Assembly: GCA_026710875.1 (NCBI GenBank)
Contig: JAPOQE010000113.1
Location: 3,144-67,143, forward strand
Reading direction: 5' to 3'
Origin: Gammaproteobacteria bacterium
GTDB taxonomy: Bacteria > Pseudomonadota > Gammaproteobacteria > UBA4575
Length of the DNA stretch: 64,000 bases
A model generated the notes under the pieces. It worked only from the letters and a program-made list of their open reading frames with translations. It had not been told where the DNA came from and did no database searches. Below are positions 52,366 through 60,379 of this stretch, in pieces (the first letter of the stretch is position 1; each line of letters opens with the position of its first letter). A program made the position numbers and the translations under genes.

Positions 52366-53217
52366 TCAGGATCCGGTCTTGAGACCGCAGAAGAATTCTT
52401 GGGCAGTCCATTGCTGAAACCATTCGCCCAGATTCGTCGTAATCTTGTCCATATCGACACCCTCTTGCAGGGCACAGTTCTCCAAGGCTTCCCCTAGGCT
52501 CTTGCCTTCCTTGAGCTGCGCCAGCAGGAGATAGCTTTCATATTCCAGGTCATCGCGCCATACCCGGTAATTGCAGCGATACACCACTACAAAGGACTTC
52601 TGGGCTTTTGGGGCGTCCATATGCCTGTCTTCATTCACCGCAGTCATGTAGGCATTGACCGGGTAATCCAGCTCCAGCAGATACAGGGCCGGATTAAACT
52701 CAAGACAAATTTCGGGCCATTGCTCACCCGGGACATTTTGTATCGCCTCCGTAGAAATCTTTTCCTTGTGCGGTGCATCGAAGACATCCTCCATCAGACG
52801 TTCGACGGTAGCCACCGCAACTACAAAAGGCTGGTGCGGAATCTCGTCGGCCTCGTTGCGCAGGTACTGCGGGAATTTGACACTCAGGCGGTTCAGGTTG
52901 TAGTACGTGGAGGGATGGCGTGTGATGTAGTCACGGACCACCTGTGCGAAACGCTCGACTCCCAACAGGTGCTCCACTGTCGGATACTCCTCTGACATGA
53001 TGTCTATAAATCGCCAGAAATACATGTCGGCGTACACCGAGATGCGCTCCAACGGTGTCAGTTTTTCAGAAGGAAGTACGGTTTGTTCAAGATCGTATGC
53101 GGCTTCGCTTCCAGGCTTGGAATTCGCCTCGACTCCAGCCTCGGCACCCTGCGGGTGACTGATAACCGAATACATCCACTGTTCGAGGCTTTCCAGCCCC
53201 GAATCATCACGAGGCAT
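52366..53217 (-). CDS. DUF2063 (MbnC/BufC-like, putative DNA-binding-domain) protein
   Basis: 283 aa overlapping the DUF692 gene by 11 nt. Typical DUF2063 partner of DUF692 enzymes (LERISVYADMYFWRFIDIMSEEYP...). Confidence 0.8.
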   Translation of the reverse strand: MPRDDSGLESLEQWMYSVISHPQGAEAGVEANSKPGSEAAYDLEQTVLPSEKLTPLERISVYADMYFWRFIDIMSEEYPTVEHLLGVERFAQVVRDYITRHPSTYYNLNRLSVKFPQYLRNEADEIPHQPFVVAVATVERLMEDVFDAPHKEKISTEAIQNVPGEQWPEICLEFNPALYLLELDYPVNAYMTAVNEDRHMDAPKAQKSFVVVYRCNYRVWRDDLEYESYLLLAQLKEGKSLGEALENCALQEGVDMDKITTNLGEWFQQWTAQEFFCGLKTGS

Positions 53218-54058
53218 GACGTAACTCGGTCATGTCGCGGAATTTTGCCGCCTTCATGACCTCGGCATGGACCTCATCGAACGACGGAATATTAGCATCC
53301 CACTCAAGCAGCGTTGCACGGTTTCCTGCACGGCGGTGTACCTCGGCATAGAGGTCCCATACAGGGTCAATAACCCGACCGTCATGCGTATCAATGCAAT
53401 GTGTACCCCTGTCTGTATGTCCGGCCAAATGAATCTGCACCACCCGGTCGTAAGGCATCGCCTCCAGATAGGCCTGGGCATCCAGCCCGTGATTGCGACA
53501 CGTGACGTAGACGTTGTTGACATCCAGCAGCAAGCCGCAGTCGGATTCCTCGGCCATGCGGGCCAGGAATTCCTCCTCGGCCATGGTGGAGTTTGCAAAG
53601 GTCAGGTAAGTCGATGGGTTTTCCAGTATCAGCGGACGCTCCATGAAATCCTGAACGGTACGGATCCGATCTACCAGGAACTTCAGGCTCTCTTCATTAT
53701 ATGGCAAGGGGTAGAGGTCGTGACCGTTTCGTCCATGTACCCCGGTCCAGCAGACATGGTCTCCCAGCCAGTGAGCATTCACCCGTTTGGCCAGGGTTTT
53801 CAGTTTTGACAGGTAGTCAAAGTCAATGGGGTCCGTACTGCCAATCGACATGGACACCCCATGCATGACAATCGGATAGCGCTCGGCAATCTGGTCCAGC
53901 ACACGTACGGGATTCCCATCAGTCTCCATGAAGTTCTCGGACATGATCTCGAACCAGTCGATTTGCGGCCACTGTTCAAGAATGTGGTTGAAATGGACTG
54001 TACGCAGCCCGATTCCGAGTCCAAGGTCAGGAAAGCCCCAGCGGTTTTCTACAGACAT
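53207..54058 (-). CDS. DUF692 (MbnB/TglH/BufB-like) TIM-barrel non-haem iron enzyme
   Basis: GLGIGLR N-terminal motif and xylose-isomerase-like TIM barrel (WFEIMSENFM...HLAGHTDRGTHCIDTHD) characteristic of DUF692/UPF0276. Confidence 0.85.
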   Translation of the reverse strand: MSVENRWGFPDLGLGIGLRTVHFNHILEQWPQIDWFEIMSENFMETDGNPVRVLDQIAERYPIVMHGVSMSIGSTDPIDFDYLSKLKTLAKRVNAHWLGDHVCWTGVHGRNGHDLYPLPYNEESLKFLVDRIRTVQDFMERPLILENPSTYLTFANSTMAEEEFLARMAEESDCGLLLDVNNVYVTCRNHGLDAQAYLEAMPYDRVVQIHLAGHTDRGTHCIDTHDGRVIDPVWDLYAEVHRRAGNRATLLEWDANIPSFDEVHAEVMKAAKFRDMTELRHAS

Positions 54059-54218
54059 AGAAACTACCTAGTGAATGAGAGTTGTCTGGTAAACATGGTA
54101 CCAGTATAGAAAGTATTCAAGCAATCGACGAGGGCATGCTGAATCCAGCAGCCCTGTCGATGCTCAAATCGTTTTAGGTTAAGTCAGAACTTTACAACGA
54201 ACGTGTATTAAGTACTGC

Positions 54219-54596
54219 TTATCCTTCCATGTGGCTGGGGTCTACCGGTAGTTGGCAACCGCCCTTGCCTTTACATGAGTTCTTGCCGGCACAGCCGTGA
54301 TCACCTGACTTGCAGCCACCCTGGCATTTACAGGCATTCTGGCCCTTACAGGCATGCTTTTCATACGTGTGGGCTGGGTCACAACCACCTTTACCCTTGC
54401 ATGAGTTCTTGCCGGCGCAACCGTGGTCACTCGATTTACAACCACCTTTGCCTTTACATTCATTCTGACCTTTGCAGCTATGCTTAGGGCAACCTGCATC
54501 TGGGTCACCAGCCAAGGCAACCGTCTGGCTTCCTGCCACCATTCCAGCTGCTGCAGCTACCATCAGTTTATTAAAATCACGACGCTTCATGTCCAT
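54219..54596 (-). CDS. secreted (Tat-type RRDF signal) 14-Cys repeat peptide; candidate RiPP metallophore precursor
   Basis: MDMKRRDFNKLMVAAAAGMVAGSQTVALA signal (AxA cleavage), then two approximately 40-aa repeats: C-x-KGQN-x-CKG-KGG-CKS-x-DHGCAGKNSCKGKGGC. GGAGG SD 9 nt upstream. Immediately 5' of the DUF692-DUF2063 pair. Confidence 0.7.
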   Translation of the reverse strand: MDMKRRDFNKLMVAAAAGMVAGSQTVALAGDPDAGCPKHSCKGQNECKGKGGCKSSDHGCAGKNSCKGKGGCDPAHTYEKHACKGQNACKCQGGCKSGDHGCAGKNSCKGKGGCQLPVDPSHMEG

Positions 54597-54627
54597 CGTT
54601 TATAACCTCCAACAATTATTATGTGTG

Positions 54628-54690
54628 TCTTGCGGTGCAAGGTGCAATTTCTGTCTACAGAAACGATTTATTGAACCTAGGGATTATACA
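54628..54690 (-). promoter_or_regulatory. candidate promoter (-10 TATAAT) and palindromic operators upstream of the Cys-rich peptide gene
   Basis: On the minus strand: TATAAT, then the perfect 16-bp palindrome TTTCTGTAGACAGAAA and a second IR CTTGCACCGCAAG, located between the promoter and the RBS. Confidence 0.4.
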
Positions 54691-54899
54691 GAATTGAAAC
54701 AAGAGGTGGCGAAAAATACCTGATATGAGCTATCTATAGTTGGATTTGAAATACCAATCTCTTGAATCTAACTAAACCTCAGTTTGGTCCTATATCGTCA
54801 TTCAGGCTGAGTAACCCCAGGTTGTAATCAGAGTTCCTTGCTAGATAATGAAGTTCACATTCAGTAAAGGATATGAAATTTCCCAGTTCATAGTCTTTC

Positions 54900-56726
54900 T
54901 CAGTAGCAGAGATCAATTACAATCTCTGTAGGGTATTCACGATGCTTGTCTGTGATTGAATCTACAATTCCAAGATCAAGAATTAGCGCGCCTGCATAGA
55001 ATTTTCCTTGTAGCCTGCTTGCAACAGCCTCCTGATACTCATTCCCATCTTGGTCCTCACATTCAATATTGAGCACATCATCCGAGCGTCTGATCATTGC
55101 TGTTCCAGGCACATCAACATGCCAAAGCCCTCGTTTATTCGAGACAGTGCAAACTGCCCCTTTCCCTTTACATCCTGGCGCCTTGAATTTGATTTGCTGG
55201 TGGGCATCGTTCATGACTGTAGCGCAGCCAGTTATTACCACCATGCAAAAGGCAGCAGTGGTTGTTGATGTACCATGAAGTGGATCTAAATTAGCATCCC
55301 CTCGAGTTTGTATAGGACCACCACTGTAATGATTACGCTCCTTGAACTGCACACCCACGTGACCATCGATGTTTAGGAATGGGGCCAGAAAGCCCATATA
55401 CCCTACACCCAGTGTGGCACGATGACGGTAGATCACCTCAGTTTGTGAGGCCTGCAGATACTCAAGTACAGACTGTCCAAGATTAACAATACCAGGCTCA
55501 TCACCATTCGCACCACCTATTGGAATGGCATTACAGGTTGTAGCCGATGAACAGACATAGGGGAGACCCTTAATTTGATCAGCATCGCGGTCTGTAGGAT
55601 CATCCGCATAACCATATCCACCACGGAAGCGCCAGTTGCCCATCTTCATCTCGGCACCGATGCTGTAGACCATCTGGTCTTCATACACATCGCCCCAGAA
55701 GTCGGCCTCTTCCCAGTTCTTCCACATGATGTCTGCGGCTATCAGCAAGTTCCCATCCATAAATGTTTCATTGGATATACCAATTCCAATAGTACGTGGC
55801 TCCTCAATAGGGATAGATGCATAGCGTACCTTTCCGGTGTCCCCATATCCGTCAAATACAACATCGTTATCCACCTCAAATGCAGGCACCGCAACAATGT
55901 CGTCAAACACATGCTGCAGTTCCGTCATATAGAACAAGCCCAACCGAGTACCCGGCACAATATCCTCATAGGTCAAGCCAATCGTGCCACGCATCCCCGT
56001 GTCATGGGTTACGCCAGAAGTGGCTGCAAGTCCCAAGTCCAGGTAGGCGTACGTTACAGTAGCGGCACCACCTATGGATACCTGTTCATTCAGCTCCCAG
56101 CCAAGTGCGAAGTTCGCACCCAGTACAATGAATTCTGCACCGAGTCCCAGAGTCTCCTCTACATGGCGGAATTCCACGCCAATCCCTGACACAGCTGTCA
56201 GGCCAGCACCGAGTACAGCTGGCAAACCCAGTGGTCTCAGATCCTGAGTGACACCCACCTGGGGCACAATGTAGCCTTCGTTTCCATTGACTGCATCATC
56301 AAATGTGGCATTGCTGATACAGAAGCCAGCCCCACATCCTGCTAATGTACCTGGTCCTAAGGCTGTACCACCATGTCTAGGATTCGGCGCATTCGGAGCA
56401 TATATATCAAGAACTTCTTGAGGGACAGCACCTGCATATGTGGGAAGCGCAAGAGCACCCGAGTGATCCAGGCGCACTTCAGGCTTGTAGTAGGTGGCAC
56501 CAAACGTGAATTCAGTACCCGTCCAGTCCGTTAATGCTGCAGGGTTACCAAAGATCGCGGACACATTATCCAGAGGCTTGGCGATACTCGTACCCGCCAT
56601 ACCTGCTGAACGTGGCGCCAGCACGTTGTGCAGGTCGTAGCCATACGGACCCGCATAGGCAGTTCCCGATATCGCAAGCGAGGCCAACAGCCCCATTGCT
56701 AACCACCGATTAAAAACTTTCCTCAT
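54900..56726 (-). CDS. FadL/TodX (Toluene_X) family outer-membrane transporter with a C-proximal Cys-rich insert
   Basis: Signal peptide (AISGTAYA). FadL-type N-terminal hatch motif (SAGMAGTSIAKPLDNVSAIFGNPAAL). Terminal aromatic (..IDLCY). 608 aa versus about 430 for typical FadL. 6 Cys cluster near the C-terminus, including the KAPGCKGKGAVC element. Confidence 0.75.
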   Translation of the reverse strand: MRKVFNRWLAMGLLASLAISGTAYAGPYGYDLHNVLAPRSAGMAGTSIAKPLDNVSAIFGNPAALTDWTGTEFTFGATYYKPEVRLDHSGALALPTYAGAVPQEVLDIYAPNAPNPRHGGTALGPGTLAGCGAGFCISNATFDDAVNGNEGYIVPQVGVTQDLRPLGLPAVLGAGLTAVSGIGVEFRHVEETLGLGAEFIVLGANFALGWELNEQVSIGGAATVTYAYLDLGLAATSGVTHDTGMRGTIGLTYEDIVPGTRLGLFYMTELQHVFDDIVAVPAFEVDNDVVFDGYGDTGKVRYASIPIEEPRTIGIGISNETFMDGNLLIAADIMWKNWEEADFWGDVYEDQMVYSIGAEMKMGNWRFRGGYGYADDPTDRDADQIKGLPYVCSSATTCNAIPIGGANGDEPGIVNLGQSVLEYLQASQTEVIYRHRATLGVGYMGFLAPFLNIDGHVGVQFKERNHYSGGPIQTRGDANLDPLHGTSTTTAAFCMVVITGCATVMNDAHQQIKFKAPGCKGKGAVCTVSNKRGLWHVDVPGTAMIRRSDDVLNIECEDQDGNEYQEAVASRLQGKFYAGALILDLGIVDSITDKHREYPTEIVIDLCY

Positions 56727-57294
56727 TGGTTACCCTCCCAGTTTTAGTAGTCTTGTTTGATTGGTGACTAATGAAAATTACCAACAAATTTTTACTTAAT
56801 TACTCACGCAATTATGAAGCCCTTACCTATGAAGGTAAAAGCATCACGGTTGTTTTGTATTGACAGATGTGCCACAGAGATCGAATTGGAACTGGACTTT
56901 TGTAAGCAGTATCAATTCAAACTCTCCCTTAATCCTCTCTTGTTCAGCTTTTGCAGCCTGATTATTTTGTTCCAACAGCACCAAGTTCTTAGGCTTCTTC
57001 GTATCAGACCTGCCTGTGTGTAACACATTCTGAACTGATCCTACCAAGGCCTGTTCACTGCATTACCTATAGGCGCTGCATTTGATTAACATAAGTGTAA
57101 TGAATATTACAGTGAAATCAAGGCAAATGGTAGCCCGCAGCCTGAATCAAATCCCAAGGAAACCTTCGTGCCTTCGTATCTCTTGAGCCCTGGAAATGTG
57201 AATTCCAGTTGTAATCCCCAAAACGTGATCAATTAATAATCAAATACGTGAACGAGAAGGGTCAGAATCCATGGTACGCAGTATCGGAATTTAC

Positions 57295-57449
57295 CAGACA
57301 AGCCCTGTCTGATTATTAAAGCGAGGACTCCGAGACGGGCGGCACACGCCCTGAAAGTCAAATCAGCAAGGCTGCCGATTTGACTTTCCAAGGACTACAT
57401 TTCAAGCCTGTACACACCCAGGTGTGCAGCCAAGGGGCCATACGGCCCC
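57295..57449 (-). ncRNA. hairpin-dense structured region (possible cis-regulatory leader, attenuator or sRNA)
   Basis: Five perfect stem-loops within about 155 nt: CAGACA/TGTCTG; GGGCG/CGCCC; 12-bp GAAAGTCAAATC/GATTTGACTTTC; CACAC/GTGTG; GGGGCC/GGCCCC. They lie in the roughly 0.7-kb untranslated gap upstream of the FadL-like gene. Confidence 0.3.
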
Positions 57450-57458
57450 AATCGATCA

Positions 57459-57566
57459 CTAGAAGCTTATTAAACCTGCAAGATATAGCGTAAGCACGAT
57501 CACTCCGATTCCGAAGACCATCGCAGTTACGAAAACCATTACGTCATTTCCTCCATCTCCGGCCAT
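57459..57566 (-). CDS. 35-aa single-TM small protein (MAGDGGNDVMVFVTAMVFGIGVIVLTLYLAGLISF)
   Basis: Below the 60-aa ORF-track cutoff. Strong SD AAAGGAGG 7 nt upstream of ATG. Hydrophobic helix. Immediately followed by the GGGGCC hairpin. Confidence 0.45.
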   Translation of the reverse strand: MAGDGGNDVMVFVTAMVFGIGVIVLTLYLAGLISF

Positions 57567-57656
57567 TATGTGCCTCCTTTGTAATTGTTGTTACCCAGTG
57601 TCATTTATAGTTATGTCCAGGCATTATTGATGATAACGCCTGCAACTGCAAAATTC

Positions 57657-58106
57657 TCAATTCTTTTCACCCTCCGGTTCACTGTCCACAGCACAGACAT
57701 CCGGATTGTCCAGCAACTCCTTCAGGTAAGCCGCAGTGCTTACCCTCTCCCCGGTGGTGATCCACAACCGCAATGCGCTGGCTCCCTCAATCATGAACGC
57801 GGTTTCCTTCGCACCATCCGCATGGTCTTTGGTCACCGGCAGCTTTTCAATTTCAGGTGAACCGACATCCATGTGTTCGCCCAGAATATCTTCAACCAGT
57901 GTCTGCTTGGTGTCCTTGGGCAGACCATCATACTCTGCCAAGTATAAAACGGCACCGTACAGATAGTAAATCGCATACCGGCGCTTGCGCGTGGCCTCCT
58001 GAAGGTCTCCGTCCTCCAGCTTGGCCAGGGTATCCGTCACAAAAGGGGTCAGCGCTGCCGTTATCCCCTTGATTTCACTACCCTCTTTTTTCGATGTCCA
58101 CCACAT
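57657..58106 (-). CDS. hypothetical acidic protein (149 aa)
   Basis: Clean ORF co-directional with, and 35 nt downstream of, the GST-like gene. No family recognised. Confidence 0.5.
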   Translation of the reverse strand: MWWTSKKEGSEIKGITAALTPFVTDTLAKLEDGDLQEATRKRRYAIYYLYGAVLYLAEYDGLPKDTKQTLVEDILGEHMDVGSPEIEKLPVTKDHADGAKETAFMIEGASALRLWITTGERVSTAAYLKELLDNPDVCAVDSEPEGEKN

Positions 58107-58141
58107 GGCCAGTCATTTATTCCCGTATATACGTGATCTAT

Positions 58142-58924
58142 CTAGTAGTCTGACACTTCTACCGAACTAAGTCGCTTGTTTTTTATGTCCTCCCGCGTAG
58201 GAAGCAGGTCATAGGCGATAATATTCTGCCCGGAATAGCTCTTGTGTGCACGAATACGGTCCAGCCAGGCCTTGATATTGGGGCGCTGGTCAACGACTGC
58301 GCCTTCCCCAGCCTCGCATAGAAGATGAATATAGGCCGTCCAGTGGATATCTGCGAATGAGTAACTGCCGATGATAAATTCGTTGTTCGCGAGCTGCTCA
58401 TCGAGGGCATCCAGGGCCGCTTCCAGCCCTTCACGGGCACGATCCACTGCCGTATGGTCCGGATCCTTGCCCAGAATCGGTGCGTAGACCCGCTGCTTCA
58501 CGATTTCCTCAACATGGAGGCCAACCTCACTGCAGGCCACATCGGACCAGTAGTTTTGAGCTGCCAGCAGTGCCGCATTTTGCGGCGGCAGGCGCCGGCC
58601 AAGGCCCCGCGCCTCGATATAGCTCATGATGCCCTGCTCTCCAGCCACGATGTAATCGGCTTCCTTCAAGGCGGGTATAGTGCCATAGGGCGAGACCTCA
58701 AGATAAGCACTCGAGTGCTGTTCGTTCACCGAGATATCCAGAATCCCGCAATCGGTTTCCATGCCCATTTCCACTGCAGTGATCAGGCACTTCAGGGTGC
58801 CGGCATCTCCAGGTGAGCCCAGCAACTGCAACACGTACTGGGTTTTCTTCATGTCACCAGTGGCCCCGTACCCGCTACTCGCGTCAGGGTCTGCAGCTCG
58901 GCCAAATTCAAACAGATCACTCAT
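58142..58924 (-). CDS. GST-like protein, paralogue 1 (Cys-type N-domain, FADIHW C-domain motif)
   Basis: Thioredoxin-like N-domain with a conserved Cys (TLKCLITAVEMG) and C-terminal GST helical domain. One of three paralogues sharing (S/A)F(S/A)(F/Y)AD(I/V)HW. Confidence 0.7.
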   Translation of the reverse strand: MSDLFEFGRAADPDASSGYGATGDMKKTQYVLQLLGSPGDAGTLKCLITAVEMGMETDCGILDISVNEQHSSAYLEVSPYGTIPALKEADYIVAGEQGIMSYIEARGLGRRLPPQNAALLAAQNYWSDVACSEVGLHVEEIVKQRVYAPILGKDPDHTAVDRAREGLEAALDALDEQLANNEFIIGSYSFADIHWTAYIHLLCEAGEGAVVDQRPNIKAWLDRIRAHKSYSGQNIIAYDLLPTREDIKNKRLSSVEVSDY

Positions 58925-58993
58925 TGCACGAATTGCTCCAGGTGCTTTACTTCAAAATCAGCCACTCGCATTGCGGCCCATCGCGCAGGGTGG

Positions 58994-59695
58994 TCAGGCC
59001 ACATTCCTGAATTCCCTGCCCTGGATCTCAGATGCTGACGACAAGGCCTCATAGGGAGATCCGTGCCCACCTTTGCGGGATTTCATACGCTCGAACCAGG
59101 ATTTCAGATTTGCTCGGGAATCAATCAGGCTGTCCCGGCCACAGACATGACAAAGATGCAGGTAGGCAATCCAGTGAATGTCTGCATAGGAAAATGCCCC
59201 GACGATATACTCCTTGTCGGACAAGGTAGCATTCATACCATCGAAGATCTTCTGCAGGTCCTCTTCGGCCGCAGCCGTTCCCTGCCCGCCGGTGTCGGCG
59301 CCCGGATTGAACACGGCATCCTGCAACAAGACATTGATCTGCGGCATGACCCGGAACTGTCCAATCTCGATCCAGTAGTTCTGTTGCCCCAGGTGTGCAG
59401 CCTTGCGAGGTGTAAGGGGCTGTCCGCCACCGCGAACGCCCAGATAGGGTAGAACCGCTGCAATTCCGGAGGTTACAAAATCGCCATTGATCAGGCACGG
59501 GAGCTTGCCGAAGGGAGACAGGGACTTGAGGGTTGCATCAGGATACTGATCATCCAGGATATCAACCAGCTCGACTTTCAGTTTGACGCCTTTTTCAGCA
59601 GCAAGGTACAGGCATTTACAGGTATCGGCATGCCCGGGGTGGCCGAGCAGTCGAAGTTCTTCGCCAGATTTCTTTTTTCGTCCGAACAGTCCCAT
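58994..59695 (-). CDS. GST-like protein, paralogue 2
   Basis: CKCLYLAAEKG N-domain Cys. FSYADIHWIAYLHL motif. 69-nt spacing to paralogue 1. Confidence 0.7.
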   Translation of the reverse strand: MGLFGRKKKSGEELRLLGHPGHADTCKCLYLAAEKGVKLKVELVDILDDQYPDATLKSLSPFGKLPCLINGDFVTSGIAAVLPYLGVRGGGQPLTPRKAAHLGQQNYWIEIGQFRVMPQINVLLQDAVFNPGADTGGQGTAAAEEDLQKIFDGMNATLSDKEYIVGAFSYADIHWIAYLHLCHVCGRDSLIDSRANLKSWFERMKSRKGGHGSPYEALSSASEIQGREFRNVA

Positions 59696-59884
59696 TGTCA
59701 GTTGAACGCCAGCATTAAAGGTAGACGTGTGCCGAGGGTACTTTGATTGATGGAAGGTACAGCTTTTATGTGCAGTCCAACCGGGGCTGGAAGCAAACTC
59801 CTGTTTGCTTCACGCCCAGTTGATCGCGTCTCGTTTAGGAATAGCGCCCGGCGCTATCGAACGATCGCTTCTGTTAAGGGGTTG

Positions 59885-60091
59885 CTACTCCTTAAACCAT
59901 TTGAACGGATGTTCACCTGCGAGCTTGAGATAGATCCATACGTTAATGACCAGGGCCACCAGCAGTACCACTGCTCCGGCAAGGGCCATCAAGGGATCGG
60001 TATGGGCTGCTGAAAGGCCAAGCATGTTCATGCCGTAAAACACAGCCGCGGAAAAGATTAGCATCACAACGATAGCTCTGAATGAATACAT
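59885..60091 (-). CDS. small two-TM membrane protein (68 aa)
   Basis: AGGAGG SD 9 nt upstream. Two hydrophobic helices. It sits between GST paralogues 2 and 3. Confidence 0.5.
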   Translation of the reverse strand: MYSFRAIVVMLIFSAAVFYGMNMLGLSAAHTDPLMALAGAVVLLVALVINVWIYLKLAGEHPFKWFKE

Positions 60092-60379
60092 TAGTCACAC
60101 CTCCTGACTCAGATTCTATAAACGGGTATATGTTTATTCAGTACAGGGACACCAAGAGAACTGTAAACACCATGACTCTCGGCATCCTCGGCACACCTGC
60201 ACCCCTGACCCTCTATGGAGTCGTTAAAGCACGTCTTGTACCGCACCCAACCCGAGTCCTGGGACCGAGTTCAATGCATACGACCTGCTTCAGTACTCCA
60301 GTGGACCAGGGCATTACTTTGCAGGCAAGCCCACTTCAAATATACAAATTAATGTGAAAAAAGAAATCCCGTTTTTCTT

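Noticed and set aside
55575-56189. 204-aa plus-strand ORF inside the FadL-like gene
   Set aside because: Antisense to an ORF with signal peptide and FadL motifs. No SD.
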